Made by a program: the position numbers and the translations under genes. This document shows positions 1-8,312 of a stretch of DNA of 64,000 bases, in pieces. Source of the stretch: a virus; IMG/VR virus record IMGVR_UViG_3300025141_016306, positions 1 through 64,000 of that record. One strand, given 5' to 3'. Under the pieces are notes generated by a model. It was given only the letters and a program-made list of their open reading frames with translations. It had not been told where the DNA came from and searched no databases. Each line of letters begins with the position of its first letter. Position 1 is the first letter of the stretch.

Positions 1-160
1 GTTGGGGCTCGAAGTCGGGCCTGCCGCGCTTCATCTCCCCCACAGCTCCATTCCAGGCCTCTAACCCGCTTAGGTAGTTGTCGAACTGTCCCTCTGTGCG
101 CAACGTCGTCTCGTGTAAAAAATACCGGGGATTAATTCTTTTTTTGTTCTTTTTTCTCAT
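1..160 (-). CDS. Hypothetical phage protein, partial (runs off window start); basic N-terminus MRKKNKKRINPRYFLHE
   Basis: Not in the ORF track. Translated by hand from the ATG at 160: MRKKNKKRINPRYFLHETTLRTEGQFDNYLSGLEAWNGAVGEMKRGRPDFEPQ, with no stop before the edge. GGAGG Shine-Dalgarno just upstream; overlaps the 3' end of the preceding gene. Confidence 0.75.
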   Translation of the reverse strand, partial: MRKKNKKRINPRYFLHETTLRTEGQFDNYLSGLEAWNGAVGEMKRGRPDFEPQ

Positions 161-536
161 TTGGAGGCCTCCAACCTTTTAACCATCTTTCTTCGCGACC
201 TTCCACCCATTGAATATAGCATTCAAAGCAACACTCAAATTTGTTCATGTAAAGGTCGTCTTTTATCTCGAAAGAAAACGTTCCGCAAGTGGGGCATTTT
301 CTTTTATTTTTCCTAGTAATTAGATTTTTAGATACTAAAAAACCATCTTCTTCGATTTTCTCTGAATCTTCGAGCGATTTTCTTTTTTTATTATAAAACT
401 CTTTGGACTGCTTGAGATACTCTTTCTCTTTTTCATCGTCCCATAATGAGCGCGGATTTGTGATGGCCTCTTCGCCGAACTTTTTAACTATCGCCTTTTC
501 AATAGAGGCTATTTTATTGGGATCCTTTTTGCTCAT
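132..536 (-). CDS. Conserved-looking hypothetical phage protein with Cys motifs (CPTC...CCFEC), possibly Zn-binding
   Basis: ORF 132..644. Start moved to the ATG at 536 (MSKKDP) because the upstream part overlaps the previous gene. CxxC and CxxC-like motifs; C-terminal GWRP. Confidence 0.7.
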   Translation of the reverse strand: MSKKDPNKIASIEKAIVKKFGEEAITNPRSLWDDEKEKEYLKQSKEFYNKKRKSLEDSEKIEEDGFLVSKNLITRKNKRKCPTCGTFSFEIKDDLYMNKFECCFECYIQWVEGREERWLKGWRPPNEKKEQKKN

Positions 537-568
537 ATGCGTACAATTATAATTATGAAGCCGCCAAT

Positions 569-1027
569 TTAATTTACCTGATTTACAGCATAGACGATAA
601 CAATGGACGTAACAATCCCAGCTACTACTCCGCCGGCAAACCATAGAGACGAATAATCGTTTGTTTCGGTAGCTATCTTGCTAAGCCTTTCGATTTCCTG
701 GTCTTTTATATCTAGAAGCGCCGTATATTTTTTATCCATGGAGTCCATGGATGCCTGGCTTGTTTCAAGAAGCAAATTTAAACGAAGAATTTCCTTTTGC
801 ACCGCATATTCGATGCGCAATTCACATTCCATGTCGACGAACTCTTTCTCTGTAAAAATCTTAGCTGCAGCCACTGTGTTAAGGAGGACGCCGCTATAAG
901 GGGCGGGTTGGTCCTTTGCTATGCTTGTTATTTGAGGTTGGGGTGGGACCTCGGGTGGGTCCGCCATGGCGGCGGTTGGGATGGCCATTAACAAGACCGC
1001 TATCAATACTATAAACTTATTCAACAT
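569..1027 (-). CDS. Exported protein: signal peptide, coiled coil and C-terminal TM helix (spanin-like candidate)
   Basis: MLNKFIVLIAVLLMAIPTAAMA-DP looks like an SPase I signal; Pro-rich linker, heptad-like middle, C-terminal hydrophobic WFAGGVVAGIVTSIVIVYAV. Overlaps the upstream TM/coiled-coil gene. Confidence 0.55.
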   Translation of the reverse strand: MLNKFIVLIAVLLMAIPTAAMADPPEVPPQPQITSIAKDQPAPYSGVLLNTVAAAKIFTEKEFVDMECELRIEYAVQKEILRLNLLLETSQASMDSMDKKYTALLDIKDQEIERLSKIATETNDYSSLWFAGGVVAGIVTSIVIVYAVNQVN

Positions 1028-1424
1028 ACTCCAACCCATATTTGTCGGCTAGCAATTGCGCCAACTCATCAGGTTTATCATAATACTTTTCAATCATTTC
1101 TTTAAGCTCTTTCTTTTTTTGCGCGTCCAACTCTTCTTGATCTTCTGAATGTTTTTCTTCCAACTTGGAGGCAAGGTCGTTATACTTCTTTAAGATCTTG
1201 TCTCGCTTTTCAAGCTCTTCTCTGTGCGCTTCATTAATGGCCTCGATCTGTTTGCGATAAGATTCATTGCGAACTTCTAGTACCTCCTGGGCGGCGCCTT
1301 TTCTCCGAAAAAAGGACCATAACACAATTGTATAAAGCACAATGGCGGGCACATACCAATTATGCTTAAGCCATATGCCAATCTTTTTTAATGTAACCCA
1401 TGCGGTTTTAAGGAACATATTCAT
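1017..1424 (-). CDS. N-terminal TM plus long charged coiled coil (i-spanin-like)
   Basis: Single hydrophobic segment WYVPAIVLYTIVLWSFF followed by E/K-rich helical sequence, the topology of Rz-like inner-membrane spanins. Confidence 0.5.
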   Translation of the reverse strand: MNMFLKTAWVTLKKIGIWLKHNWYVPAIVLYTIVLWSFFRRKGAAQEVLEVRNESYRKQIEAINEAHREELEKRDKILKKYNDLASKLEEKHSEDQEELDAQKKKELKEMIEKYYDKPDELAQLLADKYGLEYVE

Positions 1425-1773
1425 CCTTTAACTCTTTAAGCTCGTCGTGGATGGCCTCTTCAAGCCATTCTGTGGTTGTTCCAAGTTTGTCTGCATGACC
1501 CTTGGCGTCACCAAAATAATCATTCATGTAAGGCATCAACACCTTTTCGAACTCTGCGACAACATCGCTAGCGACGCCTGCTATGCCTTCATCATGATCC
1601 TCGATGGCGATGTAATGATTTTGCACAATAAGCGCGCCTATTTCGTTGGTGATCTCCACCAAATCCATCGAATTTCTGCCTTGCTCAATGACATCAGCTA
1701 TCTCGGGCATCTGCCGTAAAGCGCGCAGTTCTTCGCGAATTATCTGCTTTAAACGTGATTGTGTAATTTTCAT
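1408..1773 (-). CDS. Small acidic protein with MKITxSxLKQIIREE leader (probable internal head protein)
   Basis: N-terminus MKITQSRLKQIIREEL, a leader I recall from small proteins of large marine and freshwater myoviruses; acidic body; ATGA overlap with the upstream gene. Confidence 0.6.
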   Translation of the reverse strand: MKITQSRLKQIIREELRALRQMPEIADVIEQGRNSMDLVEITNEIGALIVQNHYIAIEDHDEGIAGVASDVVAEFEKVLMPYMNDYFGDAKGHADKLGTTTEWLEEAIHDELKELKDEYVP

Positions 1774-1961
1774 CGGCCGTGTCTCCAGCGGCTGGCGATA
1801 TCAGCAAGACCCTCTAGCCCGATATAGGCCAAAGAAATAGCCACCCAGTCTTCAGAAGCTAATGGTACGTTGTCCATAAACATAAAAATAGTGGCAGTAC
1901 CCCATACCATCAGCTTCCGCGACATTATCTTACTTAAAGCCGTATCTAAAACTTGCTTCAT
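1770..1961 (-). CDS. Small two-TM membrane protein (holin-like candidate)
   Basis: 63 aa, two hydrophobic segments, basic C-terminus SRWRHGR. Confidence 0.5.
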   Translation of the reverse strand: MKQVLDTALSKIMSRKLMVWGTATIFMFMDNVPLASEDWVAISLAYIGLEGLADIASRWRHGR

Positions 1962-1972
1962 AAAAACTTACC

Positions 1973-2209
1973 TCACGGCTCGGATTTTCTAGAAAGGATG
2001 GTCAACAATACCCATGCGGCTACGAGGCCAACAAGACCTTCGCTTCCAAGAGTTTTGGTGATGGCTACCACATTTCCAACAACATCCACTGGGAAAAATG
2101 CCGTCTGTGTGCCAAAGAGAACTTGCAATACGACTGCTAACGCTAAAATCGAAACACTGAGGTCCACTAGCTGTTTTGCCCAGCCGGTTGCTTTTTGTAA
2201 ATATTCCAT
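1973..2209 (-). CDS. Small hydrophobic membrane protein (holin-like candidate)
   Basis: 78 aa with 2-3 hydrophobic segments; strong SD (AAAGGAG) and ACTAATTA motif upstream. Confidence 0.55.
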   Translation of the reverse strand: MEYLQKATGWAKQLVDLSVSILALAVVLQVLFGTQTAFFPVDVVGNVVAITKTLGSEGLVGLVAAWVLLTILSRKSEP

Positions 2210-2233
2210 ATTGATTCTCCTTTATGGTTAGTT

Positions 2234-2241
2234 TAATTAGT
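2234..2241 (-). promoter_or_regulatory. Putative phage late promoter ACTAATTA
   Basis: Exact octamer in a short intergenic gap about 25 nt before the ATG at 2209; recurs before other structural genes. Confidence 0.6.
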
Positions 2242-2250
2242 CCATAAATT

Positions 2251-3582
2251 TTATTCTATCACGGTTTTAGGATCGGTGCCCTGAGTGGCCACGTAAGCCA
2301 CTGTTCGCCTTCTTATTCCGGGTGGCCCAGCCACTGCGTAAGAGAAAGGAAGATTGCCAGGATCGGATGTCAATATCCCGTCATATGCGCCGGCATCGCC
2401 GGATCCTTCTGACATTCCCGTAAAGCATCCCATATAATAAGAAGCATCCTCACCTTCGGGGGCATATTGGTATTGTGAAGGTTGTTGGAGATATTTGTTA
2501 ATAACGAAGGTGTCTGAAAAGTCGGGGTAACTTGAGACCGTTTCAGAGTTCCATGCTTGGTTGGTGACTGTTCGGCTGCTTCCGCTTATATCAGTGGTTA
2601 TGCCCTCGTAAGCTGAGCCGCGCTGCGAAAGTACGCTGTCGCTTTGAAGAATATAACTTCCTATGACTGCAGACATTGGATTGGCGTTAATAGCGCTGGA
2701 ATCCTGAAACCCTACGTCTCCAATATCGTTCAATTCAAGATCCCCTGTGCCGGCTGAACCGTTTGCATCGTTGGCCTGGTTTCTCCATCGTGCGGTTCCC
2801 GCGTATACGGCGCAATAGGAGTGATCGTCTGATGCAACTCCGTAATCTGCATATGAACTCGTGGCGACGACTATAGAATTAATTATTTTCCCGATTCGCA
2901 CGATAGGGATCGCATCGATGTCGCCTGTGGGTCTCGCAATGAAAGTGCAAAAGCTAGCTGTGCAGGTAAGGTCATTAAAGGAGTTGAGGAGCATGTCATC
3001 ATATGGCAATGTGCCCGTTATAAGACAATTGTTGAATTTGGCGAATTGGTTGACGCGAATGGCGTCGGTGCCGGCGGTCTTAAAAAAGAAGGCACAGCCT
3101 TCAAAGCTGGAACTCTCGTTGGTGTCCCAAGACTTTCCTTCAAGGCTGACATAAGTAAGCCTAGGGACGCTGTGGGTAAAACATCCGGACATGCTTACAA
3201 CGCGGCGGTCATCGACGGCGCTTTGATCTCCGTTGTGAAAGATATAAGAGGCGAAGTCCCCCGTCTCCAACCCTTGAAAATACGCGCCCGCCGTTATATT
3301 ACCAAATCGAACGAAATATTGCAATTGGCCCGGGCCGAGATCGGTGCCAAGAATCTGGGGCCGGCCGCGCTCACTAGCGGTATGTCGAACGGTCCAGCCA
3401 TTATAACTGAATGTGAACTCGCCTTCATAATAACGCCCCTCATCGGTAATCTCGATAATTTGATCGTGACCGCCGGCGCTGGCGCTTGTAACGGCGGCGC
3501 CGATTGTTGCAAGGGGGGTGGCCATATTTGAGGCATCGCCGGTGGCGTCCGAACCGAATGAAGAATTTACATACCAAACCAT
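2251..3582 (-). CDS. Putative virion-associated beta-rich protein (pectin-lyase-like/beta-helix; DUF1565-like N-terminus)
   Basis: N-terminal WYVNSSFGSDATGDAS...PLATIGAAV is typical of the start of parallel beta-helix proteins; FxNC/FCT-type repeats; own ACTAATTA promoter. Confidence 0.5.
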   Translation of the reverse strand: MVWYVNSSFGSDATGDASNMATPLATIGAAVTSASAGGHDQIIEITDEGRYYEGEFTFSYNGWTVRHTASERGRPQILGTDLGPGQLQYFVRFGNITAGAYFQGLETGDFASYIFHNGDQSAVDDRRVVSMSGCFTHSVPRLTYVSLEGKSWDTNESSSFEGCAFFFKTAGTDAIRVNQFAKFNNCLITGTLPYDDMLLNSFNDLTCTASFCTFIARPTGDIDAIPIVRIGKIINSIVVATSSYADYGVASDDHSYCAVYAGTARWRNQANDANGSAGTGDLELNDIGDVGFQDSSAINANPMSAVIGSYILQSDSVLSQRGSAYEGITTDISGSSRTVTNQAWNSETVSSYPDFSDTFVINKYLQQPSQYQYAPEGEDASYYMGCFTGMSEGSGDAGAYDGILTSDPGNLPFSYAVAGPPGIRRRTVAYVATQGTDPKTVIE

Positions 3583-3587
3583 AAGAT

Positions 3588-3595
3588 TAATTAGT
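3588..3595 (-). promoter_or_regulatory. Putative phage late promoter ACTAATTA
   Basis: Exact octamer 5 nt before the ATG at 3582. Confidence 0.55.
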
Positions 3596-3617
3596 TTTTA
3601 AAGCAATTATCGCTCTT

Positions 3618-6600
3618 TTAAATTTCCATGACACGGGCATAACCGTCTTGCTTATCGATGGTTATTTGCATGTCGACGCAATCTTTTAGAGAGTCCAAAT
3701 GGGAGATGAGCAGCACCGTTTTAAAGTAAGACTTAACCAATTCTAAAATAGAAATGAACCCCTCCATATTGTCCGCGTCAAGAGCGGTTCCTGGTTCATC
3801 TAAAATAAATAAATCTGACTTTGGCAAATTGGAAACTGTCAAAAGAGCCAGGCGGATGGCCATGGCTGCAATTGTCTTTTCTGCGCCGCTTCCCATTTCT
3901 AATGGACGCGGTTCGTGACGCGGGTGTTTAATGTAAATCTTTAAGTGGCGGCCGTCATTCTCAAAAAAGACCTCAAACTCTACAACATTGGCTAGCACCT
4001 TTGCTATTTCATTGTTGATAAGAGGAAGCTTCTTCTTGATAATATCATAAGAGATGCCGTTGCTGTGTGTACATCTCATGAAAAGATCGTAAGCCGCGTA
4101 TTCTTCGCGGAGATTTAATAGCTCTTCTTTTTGCTCTTCCAATGCTGCGACCTTTTGTTCGAGAGAGCCATGCTCTTTATAAAGTTCTAGCAACTCCTGC
4201 TCGCACCCTTCCAGGTCCTTGGCGTTAATAGTGGCTGTAGCTTGTAAATCGGCCAATTGCTTAACAAGCGCCTCTTTCCCTTCGATTATCTCCTTGTTTT
4301 CATTGTATTCTTCTTCTTTTTGCTTTAGATTGTCTATTTCTTTCTCCAGAGAGCTTTTTTGAGTTTCGTCGCGCTCTAACTTAAGAGAAAGATTGAGTAT
4401 CTCCCCATCCAGGGCTTGTTTTTTCTCCAGCAGTGAATTATAGTTTGCTTGGTATTCCTCTACCTTTGTAGGGTTTAACTTCTCGATTTCATTAAGAATC
4501 GTTCCTTTTTTATCCTCCAAAGACTCTTTAATATTCTGCGTAATACTCAGGTTGTCCACAGCCACATAAGCGTCTTTGATAAACTTGCAATGAGAAAACT
4601 CGGATCCGCAAGGCACTTCCTTTAGAAGGTTGCTCTTCTTTTCTTGATTTTTTCGCTGTATGTCTAGGCTGCCGATTTCATTAATGATTTCATCGAATTC
4701 TTTCCTTTTGTCCTCGATAATCTCTTGCTTTTCTTTGACCTCTTCGATATCAAAAACATCCACAAAAGAGGTAATCTTGGTAAGCAACTCGTTGTTTTCT
4801 TCAAGGGTTGTCCCATTGGAAGCAAGGTTTCTAACAATCTCTTCTAATTCTTCGATCCGTTTCTCCAGATTCTCATGAATTTCGTCGACATCAATGATCT
4901 CGGCAGGAATTGCATCAATACGCCTTGTTAAATCGCTTGTTTCGCTCGTGAGCGCCCCAAGGTCCTTTTTGAGCTTTGCGCACTTTTTAGCATGCCTCTT
5001 CGTCTCATTTTCGTTATATAAGAGGTTCTTATAAGCCTCCGTGATCTCCTCGTTAAAGTCCCGACCTTCCAATCTTTTTAGAGCACCGCGCAAATCGGAA
5101 GCGTCGTCTTTTGCAGCTTTGTGTTTAATATCAAACATTTCCAAGTCCAAGAACTTGGCCAGGATCTCTTTGCGCTTTGTTGATCCTTCGCTGATAAAAG
5201 CAAGAGAGCCAAGCTGAGAAGACATCGACGTAAGCAGAAAATCGTCCATTGCGCCGAAATACTTGCGAATATTCCTATCGGTGTCTGAGCGCGTGAGACC
5301 ATTGAGGCTTCTGGTTTCGTCCGTCACCTCATCATAAACTTCAAAATTCAAGTCAGTCTTGGCTTCGAGCGTTTCTTCACCCTTAAGCTTTTTGACATAC
5401 TTTTCGGACTCACGAACAACTGAATATCTCTTGTTCCCGATTGAAACCGTCACAGATCCTTTGCCGGAGTCTTTATTCTGATTAATAATATTGAGGTTTT
5501 TCCTCTCATTCTTTGAAGTGCTATTAAAGAGAGTGTATAAAACACTGTCCACAATACTAGATTTTCCAGAGAAGTTTTTACCAAAGACGCCCACGATTCC
5601 GGAGAACTTTGTAAAATCAATTCCATTGTCAGCGCCATAGTTAAAAAGATTGTCCCATTCGAGACGCTCCAAACGCCAATTAATATTGCGATGAATTTCT
5701 TCTTTGTCCTCGATAAGAGAATTATACTTGGAATTTAATTTTAAAACCCGCTCCATTAATTCGTCTTCAGGTTGAAAGTCTTTTAGATACTCTTTGATAA
5801 GCTTCTTTTGCACCACCGAGTCGCGCAAGTTATCCGCCTCAATATTAGTGGCCATAGACTCGACGCTTCCGCCGGTACCGGCTGCGCGGTTCAAGAAAGT
5901 GATGTGTTCTGGCTTAAAACGATGCTTGGCGATCTCCACCGCCTTTTTCATGGCATCCAGCGATAAGTTGTTATTAGAGACAAGGCGCAGCCGCGCCTGT
6001 TCCGGAAGCTTAGTATTTCTGGGGAGGCGCCCTTTGGGAGTAAGCTCAATCGTTATAAAGGGGCGCGGATTTTCTAAAACATGATGAGTGCAGGTAAAGG
6101 TATCCCGATCTTTGATATCCCAAATCAAAAAACCCTTGTCGTTAGTCTCTCCGTGATTTTGCTGCACGGTAGAGCCTGCATAACGAATTTTTCCTTTGTG
6201 ATCTAGAATCTGGTTCGTCTTGTGGATATCCCCAAGAAACGCAAAATCGTGGCCTTCAAAGATCGATAGGTCGTCCTCGCCGTGCTCCATGACCCAACCA
6301 AGATCAGTCCTACTGTTAGATATAGCGCCATGGTAAAGAGCGATATTGATCTTTCCACTGTCTGAAGGTGAAACCCAATTATCACGATCAAACACGCTAA
6401 GAACGTTAAGGCTGTAGCTTCCATCTAAATCCTCCTCTCCGCTATTCTTTAACAAGAATAGATTTGGATTGTCTAACGCCTCTACAATGGGCGTGATGGC
6501 ATCCTGCCTGCTGCTGTTCTTGAGGTTTCCGTCATGGTTCCCCAAGATTACATAAGTAGGGGCTATAGCGGCTAACTCCACCAAAAAATGCGAACAAAGA

Positions 6601-6773
6601 TCAACAAATTCGGGAGACAGTTGCGTTTTGGTATGAGCTATGTCCCCGCAATGAATAATGTAATCTACCTTCTCTTCTCTAAGCATTTTATAAAGCTTTT
6701 CGAAGACTTTTTTGTACTCATAATGATATTTTAAATTTTTTATGTGTGTATCTGCAATGTGTGCAAATTTCAT
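3618..6773 (-). CDS. Fused recombination nuclease-ATPase: Mre11/SbcD (gp47-like) plus Rad50/SbcC (gp46-like)
   Basis: Metallophosphoesterase motifs HIADTH, GDIAH, LGNHD, YHG, LGDIH; then Walker A GKNFSGKSS, Q-loop MSSQ, long coiled coil with PCGSEFSHC hook, signature GSGAE, Walker B ILDEP and H-loop ISH. Confidence 0.93.
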   Translation of the reverse strand: MKFAHIADTHIKNLKYHYEYKKVFEKLYKMLREEKVDYIIHCGDIAHTKTQLSPEFVDLCSHFLVELAAIAPTYVILGNHDGNLKNSSRQDAITPIVEALDNPNLFLLKNSGEEDLDGSYSLNVLSVFDRDNWVSPSDSGKINIALYHGAISNSRTDLGWVMEHGEDDLSIFEGHDFAFLGDIHKTNQILDHKGKIRYAGSTVQQNHGETNDKGFLIWDIKDRDTFTCTHHVLENPRPFITIELTPKGRLPRNTKLPEQARLRLVSNNNLSLDAMKKAVEIAKHRFKPEHITFLNRAAGTGGSVESMATNIEADNLRDSVVQKKLIKEYLKDFQPEDELMERVLKLNSKYNSLIEDKEEIHRNINWRLERLEWDNLFNYGADNGIDFTKFSGIVGVFGKNFSGKSSIVDSVLYTLFNSTSKNERKNLNIINQNKDSGKGSVTVSIGNKRYSVVRESEKYVKKLKGEETLEAKTDLNFEVYDEVTDETRSLNGLTRSDTDRNIRKYFGAMDDFLLTSMSSQLGSLAFISEGSTKRKEILAKFLDLEMFDIKHKAAKDDASDLRGALKRLEGRDFNEEITEAYKNLLYNENETKRHAKKCAKLKKDLGALTSETSDLTRRIDAIPAEIIDVDEIHENLEKRIEELEEIVRNLASNGTTLEENNELLTKITSFVDVFDIEEVKEKQEIIEDKRKEFDEIINEIGSLDIQRKNQEKKSNLLKEVPCGSEFSHCKFIKDAYVAVDNLSITQNIKESLEDKKGTILNEIEKLNPTKVEEYQANYNSLLEKKQALDGEILNLSLKLERDETQKSSLEKEIDNLKQKEEEYNENKEIIEGKEALVKQLADLQATATINAKDLEGCEQELLELYKEHGSLEQKVAALEEQKEELLNLREEYAAYDLFMRCTHSNGISYDIIKKKLPLINNEIAKVLANVVEFEVFFENDGRHLKIYIKHPRHEPRPLEMGSGAEKTIAAMAIRLALLTVSNLPKSDLFILDEPGTALDADNMEGFISILELVKSYFKTVLLISHLDSLKDCVDMQITIDKQDGYARVMEI

Positions 6774-6783
6774 ATTTTCCCCA

Positions 6784-7707
6784 CTATCGGCACGATGAAA
6801 AAATAAAATTTTCGAAACTCATCGGTACCGCTCCTTCTCTTAGTTTCTCGACCTCTGCTGGGCTAAGAGACCCTATATCTTCAACGTCGGAGGTATCCAT
6901 CTGGTAAACCTCCAGCCCATATTCTAACATATTTTTAATCACTCGTAAAGACTTTTGTAGCGCATCATCGTCGAAGCCTACATAGACCGGTGGCTGTTTC
7001 TCCACGAGCCTAGAAAACAATTTTGATTTAATGTTTATTGTTGAACCTAGAATGCAAATTGAGTTCCGCGCTTTGAGCGCGTCGAACGGTCCCTCTACTA
7101 AAATTACGGGCTTGTTCCAGTCGACTAAAAGCTCGTTAAAGACCACGTTTTTGGACACGCGTGGGTTTTTATATTTATAACTGTCGCCGGTGTAGGTGCG
7201 CCCAACAAAGTAATTGCAGTAGCCCTCCTCGTCAAAAGAGGGGATAATGATACGATTGCGATACTCACCGCTAGCGCAGAATCCCAACTTATAATAGCGG
7301 ATCGACTCCATCGTAATACCGCGATCAGCCAGATATCCCATGGGGCGCACGGCTTCGCGAGAAAGGTTCGAAGCACCCAGGAAGACAAATTCTTCCGGAA
7401 GCTCAAGTCGTTGATTTTCTTCGACTATCTCTTCTTTTTCGAAAAGAGAGCCCATTTCTGACATGTCAATTTGATTAGTCAACTGGTACCATTTTTTAAG
7501 GAGATCCCCGTGACCGAAGCGACGAACGAGACGTTGAAGGCTCTTGCCCTTGCTATCGCACACCCAACACTTATAGACTCCCAAGTTTAAATTAATTGAA
7601 AGCTTTTTCTTGTAGTGTTTGCAATACGGACACTCAAACAAATACTCTTCGCGAGATTTGTAATAAGGGCCAAGGATTTCTTTAAGTATATTAAGCTTTT
7701 CTTTCAT
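6784..7707 (-). CDS. Phage DNA primase (Zn finger + TOPRIM)
   Basis: CPYC...CWVC zinc finger, RIIIP, VGR, KYKNP, LVEGPFDA and the DxD motif FDDDA. Confidence 0.92.
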   Translation of the reverse strand: MKEKLNILKEILGPYYKSREEYLFECPYCKHYKKKLSINLNLGVYKCWVCDSKGKSLQRLVRRFGHGDLLKKWYQLTNQIDMSEMGSLFEKEEIVEENQRLELPEEFVFLGASNLSREAVRPMGYLADRGITMESIRYYKLGFCASGEYRNRIIIPSFDEEGYCNYFVGRTYTGDSYKYKNPRVSKNVVFNELLVDWNKPVILVEGPFDALKARNSICILGSTINIKSKLFSRLVEKQPPVYVGFDDDALQKSLRVIKNMLEYGLEVYQMDTSDVEDIGSLSPAEVEKLREGAVPMSFENFIFSSCR

Positions 7708-7742
7708 ATGGAATCGTGCTCGTTCTAAACATATTGTTTAAT

Positions 7743-7771
7743 ACTTTACACTATTGATTCATTAAAGTCAA
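7743..7771 (-). promoter_or_regulatory. Sigma70-type (early/middle) promoter TTGACT-N17-TAAAGT for primase and Mre11-Rad50
   Basis: Minus strand: TTGACT at 7771-7766, exactly 17-nt spacer, TAAAGT at 7748-7743, A-tract upstream of the -35; about 35 nt before the primase ATG. Confidence 0.65.
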
Positions 7772-8302
7772 GCTTTTTTTGGATTGTAGTAGTTTAAGGC
7801 CTGCTTTGGCGATTACGGTGGCATCAGCGATGTCAAAATACTTGGGCTTGGGATTCCCGTGAGAGGTATATTCCACTGCAAAATTGGGGACATGTTCGAG
7901 AAGCCATGCGACAACTTGCTTTTTGGTATTTTGTCCTCTTTCCACCTTAATTCCTAATTGTTTTCGAGAATGGGATGCGGTGATATGCTGGGGTTGTTTG
8001 TCAAAGATTTCGTATGTCAACCATGATACCACCCCGTTAAACCTCTGGAGGACGGCCATTGTATTGGCTGTTGAGCCGCCGGCTTTAAAGAAGGTAAGAG
8101 GCTTCTCAATATAGATCTTTTCAATCGGGTATTGAACCTTAAGGCGGGTAAGTTCTTCTTTGATGAAGGACGCTTTGTCAAATTCATTTTTAAACTTCTT
8201 CTTGTTTCTCATATCCCAAGCATCGCATGTTATAATCTCGCTCTCGGCGTCGATTACACAGAAGCCTGTAATGCTTGTGCTTATGTCTAAACCCAATATC
8301 AT
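7751..8302 (-). CDS. RuvC-like Holliday junction resolvase
   Basis: ILGLDIS...TG, IYIE, KKQV and DIADA motifs of the RuvC/RNase H fold. Confidence 0.85.
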   Translation of the reverse strand: MILGLDISTSITGFCVIDAESEIITCDAWDMRNKKKFKNEFDKASFIKEELTRLKVQYPIEKIYIEKPLTFFKAGGSTANTMAVLQRFNGVVSWLTYEIFDKQPQHITASHSRKQLGIKVERGQNTKKQVVAWLLEHVPNFAVEYTSHGNPKPKYFDIADATVIAKAGLKLLQSKKSLTLMNQ

Positions 8303-8312
8303 AATTTATTTC

